Source of the DNA: Mobula hypostoma
Taxonomy: Eukaryota
Direction of reading: 5' to 3'
DNA length: 64,000 nt
Assembly (NCBI RefSeq): GCF_963921235.1
Contig: NC_086106.1
Coordinates: 21,390,001-21,454,000 of the forward strand
The notes under the pieces are model-generated. The model was given only the letters and a program-made list of their open reading frames with translations, did no database searches and was not told where the DNA came from. The position numbers were made by a program, and so were the translations under genes. Every line of letters starts with the position of its first letter. Positions within the stretch are counted from its first letter, which is position 1. This document shows positions 48,133 through 60,902 of this stretch, in pieces.

Positions 48133-51100
48133 AATACGAATAAGACGATAAGACCATAAGCCTTAGGATAGATTTACTGAGTTGATTTACTGAGTCTGCT
48201 CCGCCATTCAATCATGGCTGATCCATTTTTTTCTGTCCTGCTGAGCCCCATTTCCCGGCAGTCTCCATTAATCGTTGATGTTATGTCAAATGCAGAACCT
48301 ATCAGACTCTCTCTTAAATACACCCAGCGACCTGTACACCACAGCTACATGTTGCAATAATTTGCACTTATCTCCATCCACTGGCAAAATAAATTTCTGC
48401 GCATCGCTGATTTTTTTTTTTTGGGCGCCCCTCTGTCCTGAGGCTGTGCCCTCTTGTCCTAGTCTCATCCACCAATGGAAACATTCTTTCCACATCTACT
48501 TTGACTGGGACTTTCAACATTCGAAAGATTTCAATGACATCTCCATCATCCTTTTAAATTCAGGAGAGTACATGCCCACAACTATCATAAAAAAGAAAAA
48601 AAAAACAGTATATAACCCCTTCTTTCCAGAAATCACCCTTGTGAACCTACTGTGGACCATCTCCCATACCAGCACGTATTTTCTAAAATGAACAAACCAA
48701 AACAGATCACAATACGCAAGATGAGATCTAACTAGTGCCTCATAAATTCTCAGCATCACATTCCTGCAATTCCATTCTGGACCACTGAAATGAATACCAA
48801 CATTACAGTTGTCTTTCTCGCCACCGAATAAATCTACAAGGTAACCTTCAGTATGTTCTGCACAAAGTCTGCCAAGTATTTCTGCATCTCAGAGTTTTGG
48901 ATTTTCTCCCCGTTTAGAAAATACTACGAAACTGCCATTTTACTACCAAAGTGCATACCAGTGCGTTTTCCAAAATCATATTCCATTTGCAACCTTTTTG
49001 CCGATTCTCCTCTGTCTGAGTTCTTCTGCATTCAACTTGTTTCCGCAAACCTGACCAAAAAGGTAACTATTTTATCTTCAAAATCATTTATATACAACGT
49101 AAACAGAACTGGCCCCAACGCCTACCCATTGCGGAAAACCACCAGTCACTGGCACCCAAACTGACAAGGATCCTCTCATGTTCCGTCTGTAAAGTCCGTA
49201 TTCCAGTTTATGGTCCGGTCCATCGATCCTTGCTCAACGTTTTCCAATCTGCTCTGTTTCTGTTCTTGTTGAGCTAATTGAGGCAGCTGATGCTCGTTGG
49301 GACTGGCTGCATAAATACTTCCAGAGACCCAAGTGTGGCGGCTAGATTGTCTTGTCGTTCCTCCTTGTATCCCTTGCTCTCCCTTCTGTTTCTTTGCCTG
49401 AAGACCTGCCTTATCTTGCCGGTAACTCTCGCCTCGTCTCGTCTGCAGTCTTGTCCTGGAGCCACCCTGTACCTAGCTCCCTTCCTGTCCATTGCCTCCG
49501 CCCAGGTAAGCCAGGCCGTCTTGCCGTTACGTGGAGTTGGTTGTTCCCTTCCTGACACTTGCCTCCGCCCAGGTAAGCCAGGCCGTCTTGCCGTTACCTG
49601 GGGTTGGTTCTGTGTCTTCCTGTCCCTTGCCTCTGTTGGCTGGTGATCCACGCCCTGCCCAGGTGTACCGTGCCCTTCCCAGGTGAACCGCGCCCTGCCC
49701 AGAAGAAGCCTGCCAGGCTCCGCCTCACGTCTCGACTCAAGTCTCCTGCTTCCTGCCAAACCTCGCCTGAAGTCTCCCGCCTCCTGCCAAGCCTCGCCTC
49801 AATACTCTCGCCTCCTGTAAGCGTCGCCACAAGTCTCCTGCCTCCAGACTCCAGCCTCCAGTCTCCAGCCTCGCCTCACCTCGTCACCTTCCCCCAACCT
49901 CCAGCTTCGCCTCGCCTCAAGTCTCCTTCCTCCAGCCTCCAGTCTCGCCTCGCCTCGTCTCCTGCTTCCAGTCTCCAGCCTCCAGCCTCCATCCTCGCCT
50001 CGCATCAAGTCTCCAGCCTCCAGTCTCCTGCCTTGCCTCACCTCAAGTTTCCTGCCTCTAGCCTCCAGCCTCGCCTCGCCCCAATTCTCAAGTCGCCAGC
50101 CTCCTGCCAAGCCTCGCCTCGTTTCCTGCCTAGCCTCGAGCCTGAAGTCTCCATCCTCCTGCCTAGCGCCAAGCTTGAAGACTCCAGCCTCTAACATCTA
50201 GACTCTTGTCAAGCCAAGCCATGTCTCTAGCCTCTAGCCTCAAGAGTGAATACTCCTTGCTCCTGGCTCCTGCCAAGCCAAGTTTCTAGTCCCTAGCCTC
50301 AAGCCTGAAGATTTCAGCCTCGTCCTGCCTCCCTGACAAGCCTCGTGCTTGACTAGTTCTGTGGTCGGAGTCAGAGGCAAGACAATGATACTGGGTCCTT
50401 GTCCTGTCTGTGGCTCGGATTCCAAGCCCAGTCTCCTATCTCTCTTGTCCAGTCCTGTTCCAGGATCCTGGTTTTCCTGTCCATGTCCTTGCCATCGCCC
50501 TGTATCCTAGTCCTGTCGCTAGTACTTCAGTGTCTATGTCTTGAACTTGGCTCCGTTCGCAGCCACCCGCCTTATGACAGAACAATCCAGCTAACCATGC
50601 ACCCAGCGACACAGACACTGTTGTTTTCCTCTTGCCACCCGGGTTTTCTTTCTGTTCAAAAAAAGTCGTCTCGCCCGCCTGGGCCGTCCATAGTCTGGAT
50701 TCCCTGTTTGGTCGCCAGGAGGCACCCTGTGGGGGTGGGGGGGGGGGTGGTGGCTGTGTTTATGAGCACTGCATGGTCCGGTCCGTGAAATCCGTATTCC
50801 TGTTAATGGTCCGGTCCATCGACTTGCTCCAGATTTTCCTATGTGCCCTGTTTCTGTTCTTGTCGAGCTAATTAAGGCAGCTGATACTCGTTAGGGCTTC
50901 TGTTTCCTCTCCTGGAGCCCTGCCTTGTCTTGCTGGTAATTATCTGCTCGCCTGAAGTTCTTGTCTCGCCTTACTTTGCCAGAAGCCTTGCCTTGTCTTG
51001 CCGGTAACTCTCGCCTCGTCTCGCCTGCCGTCTTGACCTGGAGCCATCCTGCCCCAAGCTCCCTGTCTGTCCCTTGCCTTCGCCCAGGTAAGCCTAACCG

Positions 51101-53320
51101 TCTCGCCGTTACCTAGGGTTGGTTATGTCCCGTCCTGTATCTTGCCTCTGTTGGGTGTTGATCTGCGCCCTGCCCAGGCGTACCGCGCCCTGCCCAGGAG
51201 GAGCCTGCCAAGACTCGCCTCACGTCTCCTGCCTCCAACCTCCAGTCTCTCTTCGCTTCAAGACTCCTGCCTCCAGCCTTCAGCCTCCAGCCTCGGCTTG
51301 CCTGAAGTCTCCTGCATCAAGACTCCAGCCTCGGCTAGGCTCAAGTCTTCTGCCTCCAGCGTACAGTCTCCAGTCTCGCCTCAAGTCTCCCGCGTCTAGC
51401 CTCCAACCTCGCCTGAAGTCTGCTGCATCCAACCTCCAGTCTCGCCTCGCCTCAAGTCTAATGTCTCAAGTCTCAAGTCTCCAGCCTCCTGCCAGGCCTC
51501 GCCTCGTTTCCTGCCTAGCCTCGAACCTGAAGTCTCCAGCCTCCTGTCTCGCCCCAAGACTGAAGACTCCAGCCTCTAGCCTCTAGCCTCCTGCCAAGCC
51601 AAGCCAAATCTCTAGTCTCTAGCCTCAGGCCTGAAGATTTCAGGCTCGTCCTGCCTGCCTGCCAAGCTTCGTCCTTGTCTAGTTCTGGGGTTCGACCCAG
51701 AGACAAGATCCAGGTACTGTGTCCTTGTGCAGGCTCGGTCTCGGTGTCCAAGCTCGGGCTCCTAGCTCTCTTGTCCAGTCCTGTTCCAGGTTCCTAGTTT
51801 TCCTCTCCATATCCTTGCCATTATCCTGTAATCTAGTCCTGTCCCTAGTACTTCAGTGTCTGTGTCTTGAAATTGGGTCTGTTCCCAGCCACCCGCCTTA
51901 TGACAGATCCATTATCCCATTCGCCGCCACCTTCCAATCAACCAATGCTGTCACCTTCCTGTAATACAGCAAGCACTTAACTTGGTAAGCAGCCTCATTT
52001 TGGCACCTTGTCAAACGCCTTCTGAAACGTCCACATATACAACATCCACTGCATCCCCTTTATCTATCTTACTTGCAATCCCCTTAATGAATTCCAACAG
52101 GTTTGTCAGCAAGATTTTCCCGTAAGGGAACCATAGTGACTTTGTACTATCTTCTTGCGTGTCACAAATTACTCCATCACCTCAGCCTCAACAATTGACT
52201 CTAACATCTTCCCAACCACTGAGTTCAGGCTAACATGTCTATAACTTACTTGGTATTTTTTTTCTGCTTTTCTTCTCTCTTAAAAATTAGATTGACATTT
52301 AAATTTTCCAGTTCTGTGGCACCATGCCGGAGTCCAATGATGTTTGAGTGATCATTGCTAATGCCGCTACAATCTCTAAAGCTACATCTTCAGAAACCTA
52401 GGGTGACTAATATACCTTTAGGTCTTTCAGCTTTTTGAGCACTTTCCCCCATGTTACGGTAACTGCATCTTGTTCTCTTCATACACACATTACAACATCT
52501 GACACACTTCTCGTATCTTCATCAGTAAAGACTGATGCAAAATACTGCCATATTTTATACCCCGTTGTTATTTATTTGCCTCATTTGATGCCGGTGCGTT
52601 ATCCACTCCCATTTCTTTTTTTTTATTTCTTTCATAATTAAATACGAGTTTCCGATCCACTTTGATATAATCCTCTAGCTTGCTTTCATGTGCCTTCTTC
52701 CCCCTTCTAATGATTCTTCTAGTTGTTCTCTGCAGCTTTTTAAACACTTTCCAATCCTCTAACTCTCTACTATGTTTTGACTTCACTTTCAGGCACGGCC
52801 GTGGAATACCGCCATTCGGGTAATTCTTCATGTTTTGGAATACACGTCGTTCCTCATTTTACCGAGAAATGGACGTCATTGTCGCTCTGCTAATATCCCT
52901 GCGAGCAGCATTTTTCCAATTTACTTTGGCCAGCACCTCTTTCGTACCACTGTACTTTCTGTTGCTCCAGTGAAATAAAGCTATCCGGGAATTTATTTTC
53001 TGCCTATCAAATTTCAATTTGAAGTCTATCACAGTATGATCACTGGCTCTTCAGGGTTATTTTATCTTCAGCTGCCTTAGCGCCCCCATTCCTTACATAA
53101 CACCCAGTCCTGTATAGCTGATTCTGTTATAGCTCAACGACAAATTGCTCTAAAAAGCCAATCCTTATGTATTCAACAAACTCATTCTCCGAATCGACCT
53201 GCATGTTAAAATCTCCCATGGCTAGCAGAACATCACTATTTTTGACGGGCCTTTTTCTATTTCCAACTGTAATGTGTGTTCCAACTGCTAGCGACTGTTG
53301 GATGGTCAGTATTAAAATGA
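48133..53320 (-). mobile_element. Decayed CR1 LINE (third copy of 9235-11695), interrupted by an LTR element at 49174-51905
   Basis: Colinear with the other two copies; LRIYEALVRSHLAYCDLFW fragment. Confidence 0.85.
49174..51905 (+). mobile_element. Internally deleted Gypsy-type LTR element: 5' LTR 49174-50579, ~190-bp stub, 3' LTR 50770-51905
   Basis: Both LTRs begin T(G/C)TCATG-like and end CTTATGACA. One 5-bp TSD GATCC flanks the pair. The stub starts GAACAATCCAGCTAACCATG(CACCCAGCG) and ends in a G-rich polypurine tract. Confidence 0.85.
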
Positions 53321-54521
53321 GATCAGAGTCCTTTTTACGCTTGCAGTGCCACAACCACAGATTCAGCAGCGCAACAGATTCGGCAATTGGTCTCTTGTAC
53401 ATGCACGTGTCAGATAATTATTATTTCATTCTGATAGTATGAAACTCCTTTCGCTTCGTCGTAGTGTTTGTCGAGACTTGAACCCAAGAGTCAGCAACAC
53501 CTCGCTGACTGCATTCCACCTTGCCTGAAAAATTAGACTGTGTCGCAACTGAATCTGAACACTAGTGATATTCGATTAATTCTTATTTGCTTTTTCCTGC
53601 CGCAGTGTAAGCTTTATTTTCCATTGGAGAGTTTTAGTTAATGGCCCTGCTTGTCCCAACGTTTATTGTTTTCTTTCCCTTTAACACTGTTTGCTTAAAA
53701 GTCTGTGATCTATCGACCTGTTTTAGTGGCTCTATCTCCACACTTGGACCATATCTGCACCAGGTGACATGCAATTTCTTCACCATACCCACAAGGTTTT
53801 AGCATCTTCCGATCCTATGTAATATCATTCTGCTGTTTTATATTGATATATTCTACGCTTTTTCCGTTCATGCCTTCTGGACAATAGTGTGTCAACTAAA
53901 TAATCGCAGCATAATGTGGCCACTTTTTTTTATATATTTCTGGCAAGCTGTTGTAAATTCCTCTCTATACTTCAAAGTGACCTGCGATGCATATGAAATT
54001 GTGTATAAAATTAAACATGTGGCCGTTCACCCAACTTTCGAGTTTGTTGATCACGTTGTCAGCAGGTGACTTGCCTTTGTCCTTTGAAAATTTCAGTAGA
54101 CGTTCTGGATTGCATTTTTGAACAGCAGCATAATAATAAACACAGAATTTCTAAGCGTCTGTGATGATTGAAGTTATCCCGGTCTACAGAGGTATTGACG
54201 TAAGGGTCATCGCGTGGAATTGCTGACTTACTGACATTGAGAGCATAATATCACACAGCCTGATGAACTCGTCTTGTTTTATGTCACATGCCCTGAGGAT
54301 TTCCTCGTAACAAAGCAGTGTATCTTCGTGAGTTATGTCAGCCCGATAGCTGATGGTACAATGCGGGTGGTTAGTGGGTTAATGTCCTTGGGAAATGCAG
54401 AGAAATTCCATATTTTACAACGGACATCAATCTTGAAGATACAGAGGAACACTCGGAACCGAAAATGTTGTTTGTTTGTTTGTTTTGATCTGATTTGTTT
54501 ATTTATTTATTTATTTATGTA

Positions 54522-54746
54522 TTGTCGCGTGACAAGATATTATGCTAGCACATGACAGCCAACACTGCAAACCCAGTTTACCTCATGTGGAGACAGAGAC
54601 ACAAATTCACCCTGAGTCGCGTTATTGGGAAGAACGTAATCAGAGACAGCAACATCAAAGATCGACCGTCTGCTATATTTCGTGTATCTGCTTTGAAAAC
54701 CGAACTGACGATTCAGACTACTGTGATTTATGACTGCGCTCAACCT
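54522..54746 (+). pseudogene. Candidate highly decayed TCR-like V relic in opposite orientation
   Basis: One frame reads RDKILC*HMTANTANPVYLMWRQ...DSNIKDRPSA...TELTIQTTVIYDCAQ (C-14-W spacing, 63 residues C to C); GTGAGT donor at 54328; no convincing RSS nonamer. Confidence 0.4.
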
Positions 54747-55240
54747 CTCAATGCAATGGACTCTCCATTAGTGGAATGTGCATGATTAAATGCATGCAGC
54801 AAATTCAGAGAATATGTTGGGTTTCGTTAAGATGTTACGTTTGCTTCAAGTTGTCAAAAATGCAACATGCACAGTGTTTTCTTTTCCCTCTGTACTAGCA
54901 CTCCCAAACTGGTCTTTCCATAGGATGTAATTATCCACTGATTTATGGTATTAGCCATTATTCAATGTCACAATATCTTCTAATTTGCATCTCCGCAAAC
55001 ATCATCACTAAGATCCATTTCCTGGACCTCCATACAAATCAGTGAGATAAAATATCGGTTTCCTCACTTGCATACATGAGCCGATACATATTTGCAGCAT
55101 AAACGCTTCCACACTCACCATTAGTAGCAGTGCACCACAAGTTTGTGCGTTTGGTTCTTTGCTTTACCAATTATATGCCCCTTAATGGTTGCATGGCTCA
55201 ATGTTTCGAGAAAGCTGTATTTAAGACCACTGACGAAGCC

Positions 55241-56446
55241 ATAGAAACCATAGAAACCATAGAAACTACAGCACAGAAACAGGCCTTTTGGCCCTTCTTG
55301 GCTGTGCCGAACCAATTTCTGCCTAGTCCCACTGACCAGCACACGGACCATATCCCTCCATACATCTCCCATCCAGGTATCTGTCTAATTTATTCTTAAA
55401 TGTTAAATAAGAGCCCGCATTTACCACCTCATCTGGCGGCTCATTCCATAATCCCACCACTCTCTGTGTGAAGAAGACCCCCCCTAATTTTCCCTTTAAA
55501 CTTTTTCCACCCTCACCCGTAACCCATGGCCTCCGTTTTTTTTTCCTTCCCTTGCCTCAGTGCGAACAAGCCTGCTTGCATTCACTCTATCTAGACCCAT
55601 CATAATTTTATATACCTCTATCAAATCACCCCTCATTCTTCTACGCTCCAGGGGATAAAGTCCTAACATAGTCAACCTTTCTATGTAACTGATTTTCTCA
55701 AGTCGTGGCAACATCCTTGTAAACCTTCTCTGCACTCTTTCAACCTTACTTATATATTTCCTGTAATTTGGTGACCAAAACTGAACACAGTACTCCAGAT
55801 TCGGCCTCACCAATGCCTTATACAACCTCATCATTACATTCCAGTTCATATACTCGATACTTTGATTAATAAAGGCGAATGTAACAAAAGCTCTCTTTAC
55901 GACCCTATCTACCTGTGACGCCACTTTTAGGGAATTTTGTGTCTGTGTTCCCAGATCCCTCTGTTCTACTGCACTCCTCAGTGCCTTACCATTAATCCTG
56001 TATGTTCTACCTTGGTTCGTCCTTCCAACGTGCAATGCCTCACACGTGTCTGTATTAAACTCCATATGCCATTTTTCAGACCATTTTTCCAGCTGGTCCA
56101 AGTCCTTCTGCAGGCTCTGAAAACCATCCTTTCTGTCTACTACACCTCCAATCTTTGCAGCATCAGCAAATCTGCTGATCCAATTTACCACTTTATCATC
56201 CAGATCATTGATATAGATGACAAATAACAATGGACCCAGCACTTATCCCTGTGGCACACTATTAGTCACAGGCCGCCACTCAGAGAAGCAATTCTCTGCC
56301 ACATCTCTTTGGCTTCTTCCATTGAACCAATGTCTAATCCAATTTACCACCTCTCCATGTATACCCAACGACTGAATGTTCCTAACTAACCTCCCATGCG
56401 GGACCTTGTCGAAGGCCTTACTGAAATCCATGTAGACAATATCCAC
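55241..56446 (-). mobile_element. 5'-truncated CR1 LINE (RT C-terminal part)
   Basis: ORFs 56243-56464 (DFSKAFDKVPH...VPQG) and 55496-56242 (LGPLLFVIYINDLD...YCVQFWSP); (ATAGAAACC)n tail. Confidence 0.93.
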
Positions 56447-57584
56447 TTGGATTCGTTCTTTCACTTGACGCGTTAATTACAGCGAATGCTTAATCATGCC
56501 CAAAATCCCAGCTCTAACGTATGCACCTTCCCAACAAGACGCAGCTTATAAAGTGGGTGCGCTAACTCAACTTTCAGTTTCAGAATTCCAAGTGTAATTC
56601 TCGTTTCTGTTTGAAAATACTGCGTAAAAAAAAAAATCCTCCATCCTCTACGGATACGGTTGCACTCTGTTCTGCTCTTCGTCCACTTAGGGATACTTGC
56701 AGTGTGATAATCATACCTTCTCCAGGAACCAATCTGGAAACTGAGATGGCGGTCAGAAAATGACAGTTATACCTCTCCACCGCAGTCAGGCTCTGAAATA
56801 ACGGTTGACTGAAATATTCTGGAAATATAGCATGTGATAGGTTAATTGGAATCAGTACAAACAATTTGTCCGGTTTAACACCCGTCCGGTTTGAAATTCG
56901 GAATGGTTTCGTTCAGTTTGATATTAAGTAGTAATCTCCAGCAGTGCGGCAAGTGCCGTCGTCATGTAAACAAGGTACAGGATGACGAAGAAAATGATTC
57001 CCGTCGTTTTTTTTTCATATAACGGAAAAATGGGGATAATTATTCTTCAGCACAGATCCCCGTGACCTTTTCCTCCTAATTAATGTCTTCCTTAAGGACA
57101 CCGTCAGCTTTCGCTCAAAGTTTACTTCCACAGATGAGCATCCTATCTCCAGCGGCTTTGATTAACCTATATATATATCTGCATATACCCTATGTCCTCA
57201 CTAAACTGTGATTGCACTGATCTTCCCATGCCATCCGAGTTCCGCAAATTCAACTCATCTTCTTTGCTTGAGGTTACAGTTGCTTGAAATTGATAACGAT
57301 CTGTTTCAACTGTAAACATATTCACTTTCCGGATGATTGTCACTGCTTTGAATATTCTCAGAAAGATTTCTACATAGAATTTCAAAATTACTATTATCCA
57401 TTCATCTTTGTTTACCTTCAGTTCACGTTTGGGTACGAACCTGTGCAACATCAATCTTGAGGTCCTATGAGCTGCTATCTGAAAAGTACAGCCATTTTCC
57501 ACATCACAAGAAATGATCTTTTTTTTTCTCAGTTCGACATTTCCTTATATGTAACACTTGACTCGATCAACTCACGTTCGTTTA

Positions 57585-58835
57585 GGGAAAGCTGCGTCTG
57601 CCCGCCAAACTGTGTCTCACGTTTGCGTAGATATTGTCTAATACACTCCAGTACCAAGCCACAATGCAAAACATCAGATAGTACACAATATGCGATTTAA
57701 TAATTACACTTTATAACTCTTATTTTGTGATGCGGTTAGTAGAAAAGCAAAATACTAAAGAGAAATGCGCCACTGTAGTTGATTTTAATCAGTCTGTTCA
57801 TAAGGAAATTCGTTGAAGCTCACGGAACCAGGTCTCCTTTCCAGCAATCGATCTTCTGCGAAATCCGTCGACCCTCGGCTGGGACAACCCCCATGGTCTA
57901 CCAGAGCACACCACACGCGACGTTCGTGTTCTATGCTCCTCGACGAAAAGAACCGGCGCACTAACTGGGGTTCCCATAGATAGATGATAGAATAACAAGA
58001 CTTCCATTAGTAAGTTTCCCGCTATCTGTAGTTCTAACCCAGACATCGCAGCTACAATGATACATTATCTCATCAGTTAACATCACAGAGAAGTCATTTC
58101 ATTATAACACTACAGAGAAACCATTTCATTATTAGCAGTTAACATTACTGAGATCTCCTCGACATTGCGACATTCTCCCCGTACCGAATTTGGTCATGCC
58201 CACATGAGGCTCAGATAATTTTCCAACCCTTCCTGCAAAACACCTCACGTTGGTCTAGGGGAAGCTGCACACTGCCCGCCAAACAGTGTTTCACGTTTGC
58301 TTAGATGCTGTGTAATGCACTCTGGTACAAACGCACAATGTTAAACATCAGACGGTACACAATATGCGATTAAATAATTACACTTTATAACTCTTATTTT
58401 GGGATGCGGTTAGTAGAAAAACAAAATAGTAAAGAAAAAGGCGCCACTGTAGTTGATTTTAATCAGTCTGTTCACAAGAAAATTCGTTGGAGCTGCCGAA
58501 ACCAGGTCTCCTTTCCAGCAATCGGTCTTCCCCATACTCCGTCAACCTTCGGCTGGGACAGCCCCCGGTACTACCAGAGCACTCCACAAAGGTCTTTCCT
58601 CTTCTCTTGTCCTCGAAGTAAAAACCCCATGCACTAACTCCGATTCCCACAGATAGAAGATAGAATAACATGACTTCCATTGGTTAGTTCCCTGCCATCA
58701 GTAGCTAAAACCCAAACATTGCAGCTACAGAGAAAAATCACCTTATCAGTTAACATTACAGATAAGCCATTTCATTATAATACTACAGAAAATCAATTTT
58801 ATTATTAGCACTTAACAGTGCTGAGACCACCCCCA
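57585..58835. repeat. Diverged tandem duplication, two copies (~57585-58150 and ~58258-58835), period ~675 bp
   Basis: Colinear copies, e.g. TATTTTG(T/G)GATGCGGTTAGTAGAAAA at 57721 and 58395, GGTCTCCTTTCCAGCAATCG in both. Confidence 0.92.
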
Positions 58836-60902
58836 ACACACATACAAATAAAAAGGTAATTTAATTTCAATCTTTGACTTTGATTTTAATATGATAAGGT
58901 TGTGTTACTGTTTGTCTTCGTATTTGCAGCCCTTATTCCTTATCTTATAGCTGACAAATTCTTCGAGAGGCTTTTCACAGTCAGTAGTCAAACAATGATT
59001 ACTATTTCATCACAGTTTACCTCTCTTTTCGTCTCAGTCTGACCAGACTGACGTCATTTAACACAGAAAACATTTATTATTCATTAACGGCAGCGATATT
59101 TGTGTGCTTAAAGTCAATCCTTAAAACATTAATTTTGCGCATCTGGCATCGTTGTATGTAGAAGGTTTTGCACCACCTCTGTGACTTACCCTAGCCTAGC
59201 TAAGATACCTGATCGTCACGTCATGCAAATAACGTCACGTCTTATCAAAGAAGTATTGATGTTCGAAAGCATTGTGGTTGACTAAGACTGACAAGGGGAA
59301 TGACAGCAAGAAGGGATAACAAAAAGAAGAAACTCTAATTACACTTTTTTTTTGGATTTCTACATCTGCAGCTGGTTTGCAACGTCATTCCGTTCGTATG
59401 TATAGTCGGTCTTTTAAAAACTGCGTTGTAGTTTATAATCTTTATGGAATGGAGCAATTGATTCCGAAGACCTCTGTCAGTGGTAAATGTGTGTTGTCGA
59501 AATTTAAACTTATCATTCAAATAAATAGACTGTTTTTAACATAAGTTATTAGCTGAAAGTATCATCCCGTTGGTGGGGTGGGGTGAAAAAGAAGTAAGGT
59601 ATTCTTTGAAAAGTAGATTGATTCAGTATTAACCAGCTATAGTAAGTGTTTCCGCAAATACTCACAACGGTTCTATCGTAAGATGCATGTATCGTAAGAT
59701 ATCCTTTTGAGTTTAACGCTTTGCGGGCAGTGAAATCAATGCCATCACATGTGAATAGGTAGAAAAAAAGGTTTCAGTTTACAGTCTTACCGAATGCAGG
59801 TTTATATTTGTCCATAGAATGTTCTAGGTCGGCTATAGCTGGCCTGTCGCTCGCTGATGCCGGAGGTAGCTCGCTATGTGTGACGGTCTCTCTTTCCCTC
59901 GAAGTCAGTCCCAGTCACTGTTTACATGGGTACAAACACTTCTCACCTAGACTCATATAATACTGAGCACAATCCGTGTTGATAATACTTTCCAAAATTT
60001 AATAGTCAAAGCAGTGAGTGCCGGAGTAATATTAAGCTCAAAAACCCCGACACCGTCACTGTCCAAAGGATACTGAGCCTTAGGGCACCAACGAGAGTAA
60101 CTTTCACAATAAAACAAAAATGACCCGAATTTAAATTGGATTTAGCACGCTAGTTGTGATCACTGATAATTGCATTTGGGTCCTAATTCACTATGTGCAG
60201 TAACTTTTCTTGGTAAAACGGATACATAGTCAGAGAGCCAAAACGTAGTGCAGCACGAAAATAGATTTTACAGAAACGTCCACTATATGTTCATTTCCAT
60301 GAAAGCTGCATGTTCTGTTGAGTTGCCTATGTTAAAACATGCCACTGAACATATTATTTTTCCATGTCAACTCATCTGTCATCGTTACCGTGTTGTCTGT
60401 GTTCGGCACATAAATCTGCCTGTCTTGTACGCGAGGTACTTATTCAAATGCCTCTGAAGCTTGGGATTGTACCTCCCTCCTATGCTTTAGCTGGCATTTT
60501 ATTCCTAATACTCATTAACCTCTGTATAAAGAACTCAACTCCGAGATCCCTTTACATCCCTCACCGATGACCTTCCATCTGTGCTCTGCACCATTATTAT
60601 GACCGTCCATCTTATACATACACCGGATGCATTTACAAACTTCGATGATGCAATAGCCAGCTCTCTTCCGCTGCCAGTAATAATGATCCAGTATGCTGCG
60701 CTTTCATATACAGCGGGTCCTCTACGTCAGGCAGCAACCACTTCAGCTGAAAATATATCCGCTATTATACGGGGGAAAATGCTGTACAGAATGCACAACA
60801 ATATCAATTGACCAACGGCATACAGAACTAGAATATATGGTCCCAGATGCTAAATCCGATGCCCTGTGAGGTGAAACTCGGATGCTAAGCACCTTCTTCG
60901 AA

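Noticed and set aside
43474-51586. Low-complexity 120-196-aa ORFs and short repeated motifs resembling a CRISPR array or repeat protein
   Set aside because: They lie inside LTR minisatellite arrays; there are no unique spacers and the context is vertebrate.
56700-56755. CAGTGTG followed by J-like D-N-H-T-F / G-T-N-L-E-T
   Set aside because: Needs a frameshift, has no nonamer and no splice donor.
57167-57502. 111-aa ORF with faint C1-domain flavour
   Set aside because: No Cys or Trp at Ig positions and no recognisable family; likely a chance ORF.
60008-60046. Nonamer-like TCAAAAACC with upstream AGCAGTG
   Set aside because: The heptamer lacks CAC, the spacer is 21 bp, and no coding segment is adjacent.
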